From: Octopus bimaculoides
Taxonomy: Eukaryota
NCBI RefSeq assembly: GCF_001194135.2
Contig: NC_068981.1
Span: 19,401,568 to 19,458,687, forward strand
Reading direction: 5' to 3'
DNA: 57,120 nucleotides
The notes under the pieces were generated by a model, which worked only from the letters and a program-made list of their open reading frames with translations, did not search any database and was not told where the DNA came from. Of this stretch, positions 36,257 to 48,426 are shown one piece after another. Both the position numbers and the translations under genes were made by a program. Numbering within the stretch: the first letter of the stretch is position 1; each line of letters begins with the position of its first letter.

Positions 36257-36698
36257 AGTTATAATAAAAATAAATTTCATCGTATTTAAGAACATTATAT
36301 CGCAGTCCAAGTTGCAACATTTGATTTCTGTACAATATTAAAACACACGCATATATCATAATATGACAGTAAATATTGTGATGATAAAAAAGAAAGTAAC
36401 AAGTAAAGAAATAAAGCTAGCATCACATGACAGCAGATAGTACAACATAACAGATGATATATAACAACAATAAAACGCAATGAAAATGAAACATGATGAC
36501 ATGACAATTTATTACATTCTGCATATGATACTACCACATAAGATTACATTAATATGATTACACAGAAGGACAATTATATTTCCTTGTATATCAGCGGGAG
36601 AGGCCATCGTTTACATTCCATGCACCAGTTTGTTTTTTTTTCGCGCATCAGTTCAGATTCATGTCACGCAAGTCTTGTACCCCCTGCCCACTGATTCT

Positions 36699-36780
36699 TA
36701 TATAAAACACGTTAATGCAGATGTATTTAGCGTTCTCCGCTGATGTAGAATTAATGGATCTTCGTCGATTTCGATGGCAG
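36699..36780 (+). promoter_or_regulatory. Candidate TATA box plus short first coding exon (MDLRRFRWQ, 36754-36780)
   Basis: TATATAAAA at 36699, ATG at 36754 and CAG|GTGATC phase-0 donor compatible with the 38346 acceptor. Confidence 0.3.
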
Positions 36781-38345
36781 GTGATCGAAATTGTTCAAAC
36801 TTGAATTAACGTAAGAGTATCTGAGTATTCAACAGGTACTCCAGAATCACCGCAACGGTTCGTGTGTGGGAGACGAGGCTGACTATCCAAGCTGCTTTGA
36901 AATCAATCCGAACGTTTTTCCAACCACTTTCCATCAAACCAATTTTACTTGGGTCGACTCGATTCATTTGTCCAAGATGCTGCGTAATCGTATCGAACCC
37001 AGGATCGCATGACTACGACGCAAAATTCTTAAATAATTTTGCCATACATCTACCCTTTGATATGAGAAAAAATGTCAACGTTATTTACTTTCATGAGACT
37101 TTTGAGTGTTTCGATTCTGCAAAGTTTTTACTGTTTGGAACTTAGTTAAACACAGAGCAGCAGAAAATTCTTCGAATTTAAATCAGCCAACCATGACCTA
37201 TCTTTTATTTATTTATTTGTTTTTCTATTTATTAACAGTTTCCTGGATGAAAACGTTTGTTCCCATCTGTACGTCGTTCCGAACAACAAATGTCACCGTG
37301 GGCAAATTTCCTTGTTCTAATAAATGTTTGCAGGGTTTAATGATCCCCAGAAATTAATCCTGTCAACAGCATTTGGAACTGAAGGAAGCTCATCAAATTT
37401 CACTTTCAATAATTAATTTGTTTTCAAGTCAATACATTCTATTTGTACGTTAAAGGGCATTTTTGTGCTTTTTTTTCTTGCTTTTTTTCCTTCTCTCATT
37501 TCTTGTTTGTTAAAAGAAAATGGGTTTTAAAATGCGACTATACAGTTTTCTTCTTTGACAAAATCACGAAAACTACTTTCAAATGACTTTTTACAATAAC
37601 CTGATTTTTTTTCAACGTATTTTGTAAAATTCCCATTAATCCTCAACATATTCGTTCCGCCCTTTTACGACTGGAACTATTTTCTAGCTGTGAGATGAAG
37701 GGTTTAATTTCGGATTGAATACAACGATATCGCTTACTAAGTTACGAAACAGTTTGGTCTTACCCTGCAGTTTCAAATTTAGATTACTTGAGATGCCGAG
37801 TTATATCGACCCTAATTGCTAAATCAAATACGTTCCTAATTTATATTACGTAAAAGGGTTCTTTCGGGCAGTTCATTTTCTCTTCTAGAAAATTATGAAT
37901 TAAATTTTCAATTTCCAAAACCTACTTAGAATCTGTCCTCCAGAAAGCTAAACGACCTCTCAATGAAGAACAAGATTGTCATATTTGAAATCTATCATTT
38001 CGCAATATTCTCTGAAATCTCGTCTGTTTAATGCTGTCATCTTAATTTATTCACGCATTTCACGACTGTTATTATAAAGCTTTTCTACACAATGGTTCTT
38101 GTAGTAAACGATACAATTATGTTAATAGAAGACGATCTGAATAATTTGAACCGAAATTATAGCCCCAGTGGCTTCACCGATCATCAATGGAGCTCCGCCC
38201 ATACAAATGCTAATGAGTTTACCGAAATTTACTCGTAGAACTTCTAAGTATGATTTAGCTTTGTCAAATATTCCTCATCCTCTCGGTAAAGTAGCGAGAG
38301 TGAGTTCTACCCGGGGTAGCCCAAGACTCTACACCATCCTCGTAG

Positions 38346-38598
38346 GGGAGGAGATGGGGCATACAAGCTTATACAGGCTTATACAACAGACCCAAATGCG
38401 CTGTATTCATAAAAGCGTCGTTCGAGGCGAAGAACCCACCCCACCTCCTCCTAGCGTTCCTACCTCACCCCCGCTGCGCTGCTGAATTCGTTTATGCTTC
38501 CGTGAAGCGACACAAGACCGTTGAGTTCTTCAAAGATGCTAAAATTGTTACCAATTCCTCTAATGAAAATACTAAACTGAGCTATATCACATATGTCG
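38346..38598 (+). CDS. Candidate host-gene exon, unidentified protein
   Basis: cctcgtag| acceptor, 84 open codons GRRWGIQAYTGLYNRPKCAVFIKASFEAKNPPHLLLAFLPHPRCAAEFVYASVKRHKTVEFFKDAK..KLSYITYV, G|GTAGAT phase-1 donor; unique sequence. Confidence 0.55.
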
Positions 38599-39479
38599 GT
38601 AGATTTTTCCTTCAAAGCTAAATAACGTAAAAGCGTGCTACTTACTTTTATTTGCAGCCGTTAGAGTTAATGTACTTGTTATTGGGGTTGATGTCATAAT
38701 TATAGATATAGTTATTACTGTGGTTGTTATTCGAGTTGTAATTGGAATTGTCATAGTTACTGGTGTTATTGTTTTGGCAATTGCAGTTATTACAATGGTT
38801 GTTTTCGTTAGGGTTGTCGTGGTTGTTGTTGTTGTTGTTATTATAGGTGTTATGATTACTGTTGTAAACTGTTTTATGTAATAAAGATGAAATGATCAGG
38901 TGTGACAGCTTTGCTATATTGTAGTTTTCTCTTCAATGTGGAGTATTGTAATGTATAGTGCAATGTTGTTGTCGTTGCTGTTGTTGTTGTTGTTTAGCCT
39001 CGAGTCAGCTCTGTTCAATCAGGTCTTTGATAGGTTTGCTGTTGGTCGATCAATTTGATCCAATTCACGGAACAATTTCGCCAGTTCTAACATGTATCTC
39101 AACACCATACTGCTCACTCCGACATACAATATGGAATGCAGTATCATACACAAGACAAGTTATCGTATAGTGTAGTGTTTTGTGGCGTACTAATGTGTTG
39201 TTGTTGTTGCTGCTGTTTCTAGAATTGTAGTTGTTGTTGTTCTTCTTCTTCCTCTTCTTCTTCTTCGTCGTCTTTTTGTTTAGCACCAAACTAGTCCTGA
39301 ATAAACAAGCTTATGATCAAATTTATTTCTATCATACTATGTTTATGGTGTGGTTCACCTGTGTATTTTTAAAATTCAATGGGATAAAATTTTAGGGGAT
39401 TTGCTGGATATTTCTAGCAGGTGAAGTAACTACATTGACGTTTCTTCATTTGGCTGATTTGTTTGCTGTTTGTTTACTC

Positions 39480-40040
39480 AAGCGATAGTATCCCTCCTGA
39501 AGTAGGAACCTTTCCCTGGAGTTTTCACCATCTGATTTTGGCTGCACTTTCCTACCCATGCCCACGGTGGCGGATGAGGTTCGTCACGCCAATTAATGTT
39601 CTGGTCTGCCTCGTGATTTAGTCCATTTTATCGATGTTTATTCTGTCGCTCTTATCATCAACTTGTTGTCCTTAAATCGGGCGACGTAACCGCCCCATCT
39701 ATGCTTGTTATTCTTCATGGAAGGGATGATGTCACCGACTCTTGTTAGCTGTTACACCCAGGTGCTTCTCTTTCAATCATACAAAGTAATTTCGAGCATA
39801 ATGCGCTCCATTTTGCTCTATGTAACAGCGATTGTGTCCATTACGATATTGTTTAATGCCCACGTCTCGTTGCTGTACGCCAGCACTGGCGAGACTAGTC
39901 TTAAAGTTTCTTATAATGTTCTCCACCCTGCCAAAGGACGTCACTTCAAGCGCAATTTTTATCTTATTCCCAAGGAAAATATCGCCGTCTTGAGTCACCG
40001 TTTTCACAACGTAAACGTAAATGTACATCCACTAGATGAT
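39480..40040 (-). mobile_element. RTE-clade LINE 3' fragment
   Basis: Minus strand has LAYSNETWAL..MERIML..KHRWGGYVAR..SRGRP. Confidence 0.65.
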
Positions 40041-40550
40041 CTGACCGTCTAAGGCTGGTAGTTCTGAATATTATCACTCAAGGCTTTAACTTTCAATTGT
40101 TTTCTTTATTTCACACACACACACACACAGGGAACAGTTCTGTTATTGGTTGGAACAACAAAAAGGAGAACTGTATAATAAGTATCATTTGATAAACGCA
40201 GAATTTTAATGTGAAGCACTATCAGTTTCATGCTCGAGTAGTACAGTAATCAGACAAGCTTGTATAATGTAATCGATCTGGCTCCAACTCGAACCCATGA
40301 ATTTGAACCAGAACGAATGCAGAATAGTATCCGACAAGCAAACAAGCTTGTCCAATTACTGTTCCATTCAAGCATGAAACAGAATTCAGCGATTTTTTAA
40401 AGCTTTGCTCAAAAATCTTTTGAACTGATCAAACCAGTTTGATTAATATTTTCTTAATGGATGTCTCTTTCATAGTTATTGGAATTTCTCTTTTTTCCAC
40501 TAATGGTTGCCCATCCAATTGCCTGCACAGTTATAAATGCCTATATTCAG

Positions 40551-40678
40551 GAGATAATGACATGGTCACCTTGCAACAAATTGGCCAATATTTGGATATT
40601 GATCCTTTAAATGAATTCTTTCATGCTTTGAGAGGAGTTGGAAGACCTGTCATGGCTGAGGTTACCAAGCAAATATAA
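40551..40678 (+). CDS. Candidate host-gene exon joining 38346-38598 in phase
   Basis: tattcag| acceptor; G+GA makes Gly, then DNDMVTLQQIGQYLDIDPLNEFFHALRGVGRPVMAE. Ends at a weak donor (40660/40661) or at TAA 40676-40678. Confidence 0.55.
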
Positions 40679-40684
40679 TATTCC

Positions 40685-40910
40685 GTGGGGTTGTTAAAGG
40701 GAAGCGCTGGTAGAATCGTTAGCACACCGGGCAAAATGCTTAGCGGTATTTCGTTCGTCTTTACGTTCTTAGTTCAAATTCTGCCGAGGTCGACTTTACT
40801 CTTCATCTTTTTGACGTCAATAAAGTACCAGTTATGCAATGGGGTCGATGTAATCGACTTATCCCCTCCCCCAAAGCTTCGGGTTTTGTAGCTAGAGTAG
40901 AAAGGATTAT
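40685..40910 (+). mobile_element. SINE family A
   Basis: Matches the family A consensus. Confidence 0.85.
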
Positions 40911-41074
40911 ATAGGGCTGTTGCTTTTTATTCCACAGGTCTGTCCTGATTCCATAAATCTACAATCAAAGACGATCCAGTTGTGACCATCCTATATTTTA
41001 TTTGAACAGTTTATCTAAGACTACATTAACCAATATCTTTTTGAGGAGTATGGAACCATTCCATAGTGTTAGGT

Positions 41075-41395
41075 AAAGGTGCGTGGCTTATTGCTTAGGG
41101 TATTCGGTTCATGACTGTAAGGTCATGGGTTCGATTCCCGGCGATGCATTGTGTCTTTGAGCAAGACACTTTATTTCACGTTGGTCCAGTCCTCTCAGCT
41201 GGCAACCATGAGTTGTAATTCAAAGGTCCAACCTTGTCGCATTCTGTGTCACGCTGAATCTCCCTCAGAACTTCGTTAAGGGCACCTGTGTCAGTGGTGT
41301 GCTCAACCACTTGCACGTTAATTTCACGAGCAGGTTGTGCTACTGATTGGATCAACAGGAACACTCAGAGGCGTAACCGACAGAGAGTCAGTTAC
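41075..41395 (+). mobile_element. SINE family C
   Basis: tRNA head with gggttcgattccc, then ctttgagcaagacactttatttcacg. Confidence 0.8.
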
Positions 41396-41549
41396 AATGT
41401 ATAGTAGCGTAATACAGAGAAGTGTAATGTTTGAAACGGCTCCTGTATTTTCATGACATAATTTGAAGCTAGTGGGTGCCCAAAGGTCATGTCTCCTCTG
41501 AACCATATCAATATTTCGAAATTAACTGTTGGATATATTCTTTTTATAG

Positions 41550-41653
41550 GTGTATGTATTCCTCCTATGTGGGAACATGTAAAAGCAGGGACATTGCCAG
41601 TCTCAACGCTCATGCAACACCATCTAACAGACATCTATCTGAGTAACAGATAA
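41550..41653 (+). CDS. Candidate exon (VCIPPMWEHVKAGTLPVSTLMQHHLTDIYLSNR*)
   Basis: Strong tttttatag| acceptor, open frame, AATAAA at ~41695. Phase link to the 40551 exon is unresolved. Confidence 0.35.
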
Positions 41654-42178
41654 CATACTCGACTCTTCTTGCCCATATGTCCTGTAGACATAGAATAAAA
41701 TAATAATTTATTTCTGAAAGAAATCAATGAAAGTTATTGTCCAATGCTGTGTTCCCTACTCATTAGAATTTCTGTGAATATAACAAATAAAATACCTAGA
41801 AAAGATTATTGTTTCTGAAAATAAGCATTGAGAGGCTGATATTCTTACAACCTTTGTTCATAAAATATTGGACATTATAGCTTACTTTACGGAGATAGCG
41901 TTGGTACTACAGCTACACTTTATAGATACAATACTGATATCGAAGCTACCTCGTAAATATAACGCCGGTGTAGATATGAACTGATGTAAATATAACATTT
42001 ATAACCCGTGAAATGTGGTCCTTGTATTGCTCAGATGACTTCACTAGATGCAGTAGATATGCAGATATTACCTAGGTGACATAATTACTAGTAGAAATGC
42101 AGCAAAAGTATTTTTAACTAGAGTAGAAGAGAATGGCTGAAAGAAATACAAGGTGCAGTAAATAACGAAATATTTTCT

Positions 42179-42241
<63 letters not shown>

Positions 42242-42944
42242 CACTAATCTGTATCTGTGGTAAAAATCTAGGAAATATGGTTACAAAATACGAGGTTACA
42301 TGAGCACTGTATGTGAATCTACGGAAACTACAAATATTATTCAATGCACTATCTATAAGAAATGCTCTTGCTGTTACCGTTTAGCCCCTGATCAAGTCTA
42401 AACAAGCTGAGCAATGATCAAAAGCACTCCGGATGTGACTATTCTATGTCATTAAGTGTATTTATATATACATTATCTAATATGTCATTTCTGGACAGCA
42501 GAGTATGATTTAAGGAAGTTTTTTTGTCGATTTTTTTTTAGCAGATCAAAGAACTATGCAGAGGTTCCGTCGTGCAATTTCACATTATACTGAGACATTA
42601 ACAATGAAGATGGAAGATCTGTAGGAACTTGGGATTAATGACATGCATAGGATTATTTTAGTCGTGCAATTACAATTTACAAAGGAGAAGAACAAATAAA
42701 ATGTAACTCAGGTATAATGAATCATGGTTTTCATGGCTGGTTCATAGATTTAACATGGATATTAGTTATTTTATACATGTGATATCGTTAATGTAGCTAC
42801 ATCACATATTTAACAAATGTCATGAGGTATCTGTGTATACACACTTGTGTGTGTGTGGGTGTGGGTGTGTGTGTGCGTGCGTGCGTGTGTGTGTGTGTGT
42901 GTGTGTGCGTGCGTGCGTGTGTGTGTGTGTGTGTGAGTTTGAGT

Positions 42945-44060
42945 AAAAGGTAAGCATCGTTTTGTACCATGAAGAATTTGTATCGGATTTTTGCAGAGTT
43001 TCGATTTTGCTTAAACATTTTTTTGCAATTGTCTGATAATACAGACATAGACTTGCCTAAATGCATCAATAAATTTACATGGATACTTTTTCACCAATGT
43101 TACAATCTTCTGTAATGGAATTGTCAAAGCGCGAAATTCGAACAATTTTGCTATTCAAGTTCAAACAGGGACGTAAAGCAGCTGAAACTGCTCGCGATAT
43201 CAACGAAGCGTTTGGTGAGGAAATGACCAGTGAGTGGTCAGCTTGAAAATGGTTTAAACGATTTCACAAGACCTGAGCCTTGAAGATCGTGACTGTAGTG
43301 GATGCCCATCTGTCATCGATGACAGTCAATTTAAAGACCGTCATTGAGAAAGATCCACGTAAACCACTCGAGAACTAGCAAAAGAACTTCAAATTAGCCA
43401 GAAAACTACCTGAAACCATTGCATGCGATCAGAAAATCAAAAAAAGCTCGATAAATGGGTATCACACAATTTGAATGAAAATCAGAAAATGCGCAGATAT
43501 GAAATTTGCTCGTCGCTTCTTCTCCGTAACCAGACCGATCCATTTCTCGACCGTATTGTAACTTGCGATGAAAAGTGGATTCTGTACAATAATAAAAAAC
43601 GTCCTTCGCAGTGGTTGGACCAAAATGAAGCACGGAAAGCCTTCTCTAAACACGAGCTCTTCAAAAAGAAGGTTATGGTAACTGTTTGGTGATGTATTGC
43701 TGAACTCATCCACTATAACTTCTTAAAACCTGGAAAAAAATTATTACTTCAGAAACATGACATTGCCAAAATGAACGAAAGACTATTACTCCTACGTCCC
43801 ATACTGGTCAGCAGAAGAGGGCCAGTCATTCTTCATGACAATGCTCGACCACACGTTTCGCTAATGACGCTCCAGAAGTTAAGGGAACTTTTCTACGAAG
43901 TTCTTCCCCACCCAGCTTATTCCCCAGACCTTTCTCCTACCAACTACCATTTTTTCAAGCACCTTGATGGTTACCTGCGAAAGAAGGAGTTAAAAACTCA
44001 AACCGATGCTGAAATGCGTTGAAAGAGTTCATCAGCTCCTGAACTCCAGATTTTTAGGTT
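42945..44060 (+). pseudogene. mariner DD34D transposase pseudogene, near full length (ATG 43115)
   Basis: WVSHNL, VTCDEKWILY, ILHDNARPH and HPAYSPDLSPTN, with 34 residues from D2 to a D->N-mutated third residue; stops and frameshifts. Confidence 0.92.
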
Positions 44061-44064
44061 ACCT

Positions 44065-44245
44065 TTAGCTTTTGGCGATAGGCTGATGCCTTTCTAGTGA
44101 AGGACTTTCACTCTCAGACTTCCGATTGTTCGGCTAGCCTTGTGGATTATGGATGAGATTTTGCTGTCCAGTGATCCATTGGCTGAGATTGTGCTGCCAA
44201 GGTACTTGAAATTCTTCGCACATTTAAACTGGACTCCCTCAATGG
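44065..44245 (-). mobile_element. RTE/BovB-like LINE fragment
   Basis: FKYLGSTISANGSLDSKISSIIHKASRTIGSL. Confidence 0.8.
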
Positions 44246-44267
44246 CAGCACACACACACACACACAC

Positions 44268-44298
<31 letters not shown>

Positions 44299-44410
44299 TA
44301 CATACACATGCACACACATACACACACATACACACACGCACACACACATATATTCATACATACTTACTTACACGCATATATATAAAAACGCGTGCGTGTG
44401 TGTTACTCTA

Positions 44411-44950
44411 TGCACTAATCGGTGGCCTGTCACTTCTTTCCGGTGTCTGATGCTGAAGAGGAGATAACCACCCCGAATTGCATGCATCCATCAGTCTGTT
44501 CGGAGGGCGCTTGATACGTTTATACCTATTTGTCTGCAGCGAGAATTTTTCTCGTGATAAAATACAGTGAATGGCTTTCTTACGTGTTCGAATATGACCC
44601 AAGCATGTTTTGTATTGATACGCATGACTGCTTAGCGCTTCTGTCCCGAATTTTATTCACGGTGAGCCACCGATTAGCGCAACCAGTAACAGTACAATGA
44701 CGGAAATATATCAAGAGGTATTTATCTTTTGTCAGTTCGTAGCGTTCCTTTTTCCAGAGTTTGGTGCTGAAGAAGAGATACCAACTCTAAAATGCATGCA
44801 TCCAACAGTCTGGTTAGAAGTTCTTCGATTTGGTGCGTTTACATCTACTTGTCCACAACGAGAAATTTTCTCTATGTCAAAATATTTGAACTGGTAACAA
44901 GTTTGTATGTATACACATCACTGCTTAGCGTTTCTATTCCGGAATTTATA
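44411..44950 (+). ncRNA. Tandem diverged repeat with two type I hammerhead motifs (retrozyme/Penelope-like)
   Basis: HHR1 44447-44494 and HHR2 44761-44808 share CTGAAGA, a 4-bp stem II, TGCATGCA stem III and TC. Each has one core mutation. Confidence 0.7.
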
Positions 44951-45681
44951 TGATAATGATATCATAGCAATTTCACATATATTATAATTATATTACAGCC
45001 AACATATATAATACTATTTAGCTATCTCTTATATATAATAATGATATCATATTTGGAGATGTAAGCAGAAGAAACAGGACTTAACAGGAACGTGGAGTAC
45101 AAATATTTCGTTACTTATTTACTGCAAAACTACGTAAATGACTCAAGGCCTTAGACATTCGCTCAAATGCACTTATTAAAGTAGAATTAAAATTTCATAC
45201 CGCTTTTAGATCTCGCAAAAAAATGTAATTATTCCGGAAAAGTCTTTATTCATTGCTTATAACATGGAATAATTGAAAATCTTCAAAATCAGTTGAATGA
45301 ACGAAAATGTTGTATAAATATTATATATACATACTGATATAAACATACCTACGCATATTCCCACACATACACCCACTACGTGGCACACAGGNNNNNNNNN
45401 NNNNNNNNNNNNNNNNNNNNNNNNNNNNNNNNNNNNNNNNNNNNNNNNNNNNNNNNNNNNNNNNNNNNNNNNNATAAACATACCTACGCATATTCCCACA
45501 CATACACCCACTACGTGGCACACAGGATATAATAACGACAGGATATAATAATGAATTTTTCTAAACTCTTTTCTAGAACATTTAGCTTACTTTCTTTTCT
45601 GCTATTTATACTAAGTGTATGACATTTTAACACTAGTTAATAAGTTCGTTTGTCTTTTCCCTGCCGTCTAGTACTAGACGA

Positions 45682-45900
45682 ATGTTGAGGTTGTTTGGCC
45701 ACACGGAGGGAATGGATGAGGAGCGAATGGTAAAGAAGGTGATGAAGGCTGAAGTTGTCGGCAGCAGAACCAGAGGCAAACCTCGATTTGTGTGGATGGA
45801 TGGAGTGAGGAAAGCTTTGGTGGTCAGAGGTGTTAGAGTGAGAGAGCCAAGACAGTTTATAAATGATAGGAAAGCTTGGTGAGCGTTTGTAGATGGATGA
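45682..45900 (+). mobile_element. RTE-clade LINE 3' end
   Basis: LRLFGHTEGMDEERMVKKV..RTRGKPRFVWMDGVRKAL..DRKAW. Confidence 0.85.
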
Positions 45901-46289
45901 GTGAATTTTTATGTTGCTCAAAGGGGTACAGAACCAGCATGATATTGGCGGTTGCGTTCTATGCGTTTACCCGAGCATAGAACGGGGCTTGCTCCTTTGA
46001 GCTGGGAAATGAACGGAATGCTTGGTGTGTGCCTTGCTGTGGCTACTCCCTCCAAAACAAATGGGGAATAGGCCTGGGTATGTATGTATGTATGTATGTA
46101 TGTATGTATGTATGTAGGTATGTATGTATGTATGTATGTGTGTATGTATGTATGTGCGTGTGTATGTATGTTCATTTGAACGAAACTCTCAATCTTTGAG
46201 TTTCTAATGTAGCTTCAAGCGTGAAAGATATTAATGATAGCATAGTTACTTCTTAGATTTAATAAATATTGATTATATCTTGCAAGCTA

Positions 46290-46610
46290 CTTGCCAACCT
46301 CACCACTACCGGTATGAAGAAAACAGCACTCACTACGCTCCGTAGAGCGGTTGGCGTTAGGAAGGGCGTCAACCGTAGAAACCAAACTATGCCAAAGCAG
46401 ACACTGAGGCCTGGCACATCTCTGTGGCTCGTCGAACCCTTTCAAACCATTCACTCCATGGAAAAATATGGAAAACGGACGCAAAATGACGACGACGACG
46501 ATGATGATGATCGTGGTGGTGGTGGTGGTGGTGGTGGCGGCGGCGGTGGCGGCAGCGACGACGACGACGACCAGACGATGACGATAATGATGATGATACA
46601 TGTTAGACAA
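46290..46610 (+). mobile_element. SINE/retroposon 3' part with mosaic GAC/GAT/GGT/GGC tail
   Basis: ggttggcgttaggaagggcgtc..ggaaaacggacg followed by a triplet tail. Confidence 0.6.
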
Positions 46611-47237
46611 TGAAGATGAAGATACCGACATAACATAAGTTTAATATTGTTTCTGTAGTGAAACAATTGTAAACCAATATCAAACTTATGCTATATTAAC
46701 ATCTACATTTTCTTCGTCTGTGAAATACTTGCTTACTCATTACATCAGTGATAAGTACCTGAAATTTCCTACGCTAGCACACAACTTTGAATACCAAACT
46801 TAACGTGTAAATAACCGGAATTTCGTATTTAGTGCCGCACTTAATTATTGCTAATAATTGCTGTTAACAAAAGTAATTAACAATTCCTATTTTCAATTGC
46901 ATTGTGCAAAGACCATCTTAGTCATTTAATAACCTTAAAATCGGTTATATTCACTTTGATATTATAACTATTATAACTGTCAAGTAGTTATGATATTAAT
47001 TATAACTATTACACATCTCTAGTATTTGCAGTGCGTAGAAGTTTTGATGAGAATATTCACCTATATAACTTGTGATGTGTGTGTGTGTGTGTGTGTTTGT
47101 GTGTGTATGTATATATGTATGTACGTATTGTGTGTGTATGTGTGTGTGTGTAATCATATCTTCGATATACATAACTAAATTTAAGAAAAATTGAAATCTC
47201 TATGTAGACTCGATATGTAGATGATTTAGAATTTTAG

Positions 47238-47275
<38 letters not shown>

Positions 47276-47612
47276 CGTACATACATACATGCATGCATAC
47301 ATACATACATACATACATACATACATACATACATACATCCATACATACATACATGCACGTACGTACGTGTGTTCAAAAAAGGAATTTGACTCAAACAGTA
47401 AAAATATGAAAGATAGCAGGAAGAAATTAATTCTGACGTAAAGAATCAGTGAAAGGAAGGGAGTAAATTGAATGACGTCATTACATGTTAGGTGGAAACA
47501 ATGTTAATTCGCACATAGCAAACACGTATATTCAAATATACATGCATACGTGAATATAATAAATTAAATATGCAAAAATCGATTGCCAATTAAACATATC
47601 ATATATACATAA

Positions 47613-47673
<61 letters not shown>

Positions 47674-47887
47674 TAAATCTTTTTCTTGTCTATCCAAAAA
47701 CTTTCAAAAAATCGTATTTTTATTGGCTTTTCGTAATGATTTACCTTTTTATTCATTAGAAATATCCTATTTTCAGCGACGCCAGGTTAATATGTTAAGT
47801 GTTTTTAATGACTGTATTGATTGCAATGAACCCGACACCAAGTTGTTGCGAGCGTCGCTCTTAACCCCATAACTACGTCTGCGTTTC

Positions 47888-48426
47888 ACCCATCTAACAT
47901 TTTTGAAACGCGTAGCGAGAGTCTGTTCTCCCCGGGGCAACCCTTATTTGTGCTTTTGCTGTCCACGGACAAACAGCCTATAGATGCTTCTACGGCAGAC
48001 TCAAAAGGGCCGTCCCTATAGAAAGCGTCACCTAAGGTGGACGGCTCTCTTCGCTACCCATCTGACAATTTTGCAATAGCGTAGCTAGAGAGTGTGCCGC
48101 TCGATACAGCCCTTATTTGTACATTTGCCTTTTCCGGACACACAGCCTATAGATGCTTCTACAGCAGACTCCCAAAAATCCGTTCCCATAGAAAGCGTCA
48201 CCTAGGGTGGAAGGCTCCACTCACTATCCATCTAACATCTTTGCAGTAGCGGAGCTGGAGAGTGTGCCGCGCAGGGCAGCCCTTATTTTGTGCTTTTGTC
48301 CTCCCCGGGAAAACAGCTTATAGAGGCTTCTACAGCAAGCCCAAAAATGACGCCCCGTTAAAAAGCTTCACCCAGGGCGGTTCGGACCGCTCCCCTCACT
48401 ACCCGAGCTACGCTACTGCTTCTTTG
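47888..48426. repeat. Three ~170-bp tandem units; the last is a hAT-type MITE (48244-48418)
   Basis: Periods 168/170/175; TIR cagtagcg(g/t)agct 12/13; flanks CATCTTTG/CTTCTTTG (7/8, TSD-like). Confidence 0.8.

Noticed and set aside
36864-37145. 93-aa ORF and a protein-like minus frame
   Set aside because: Largely a diverged minus-strand SINE B head.
37200-37420. Protein-like short frames on both strands
   Set aside because: They need frameshifts, lack splice borders and have no recognisable motif.
38168-38485. 105-aa ORF MASPIINGAPP..
   Set aside because: Non-ATG start. It overlaps a different frame that has proper splice borders and joins the next exon in phase, so it is treated as a shadow frame.
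45320-45530. Exact 53-bp direct repeat around an N run (similar cases at 6460-6530 and 14640-14810)
   Set aside because: Typical unmerged contig overlap; assembly artefact.
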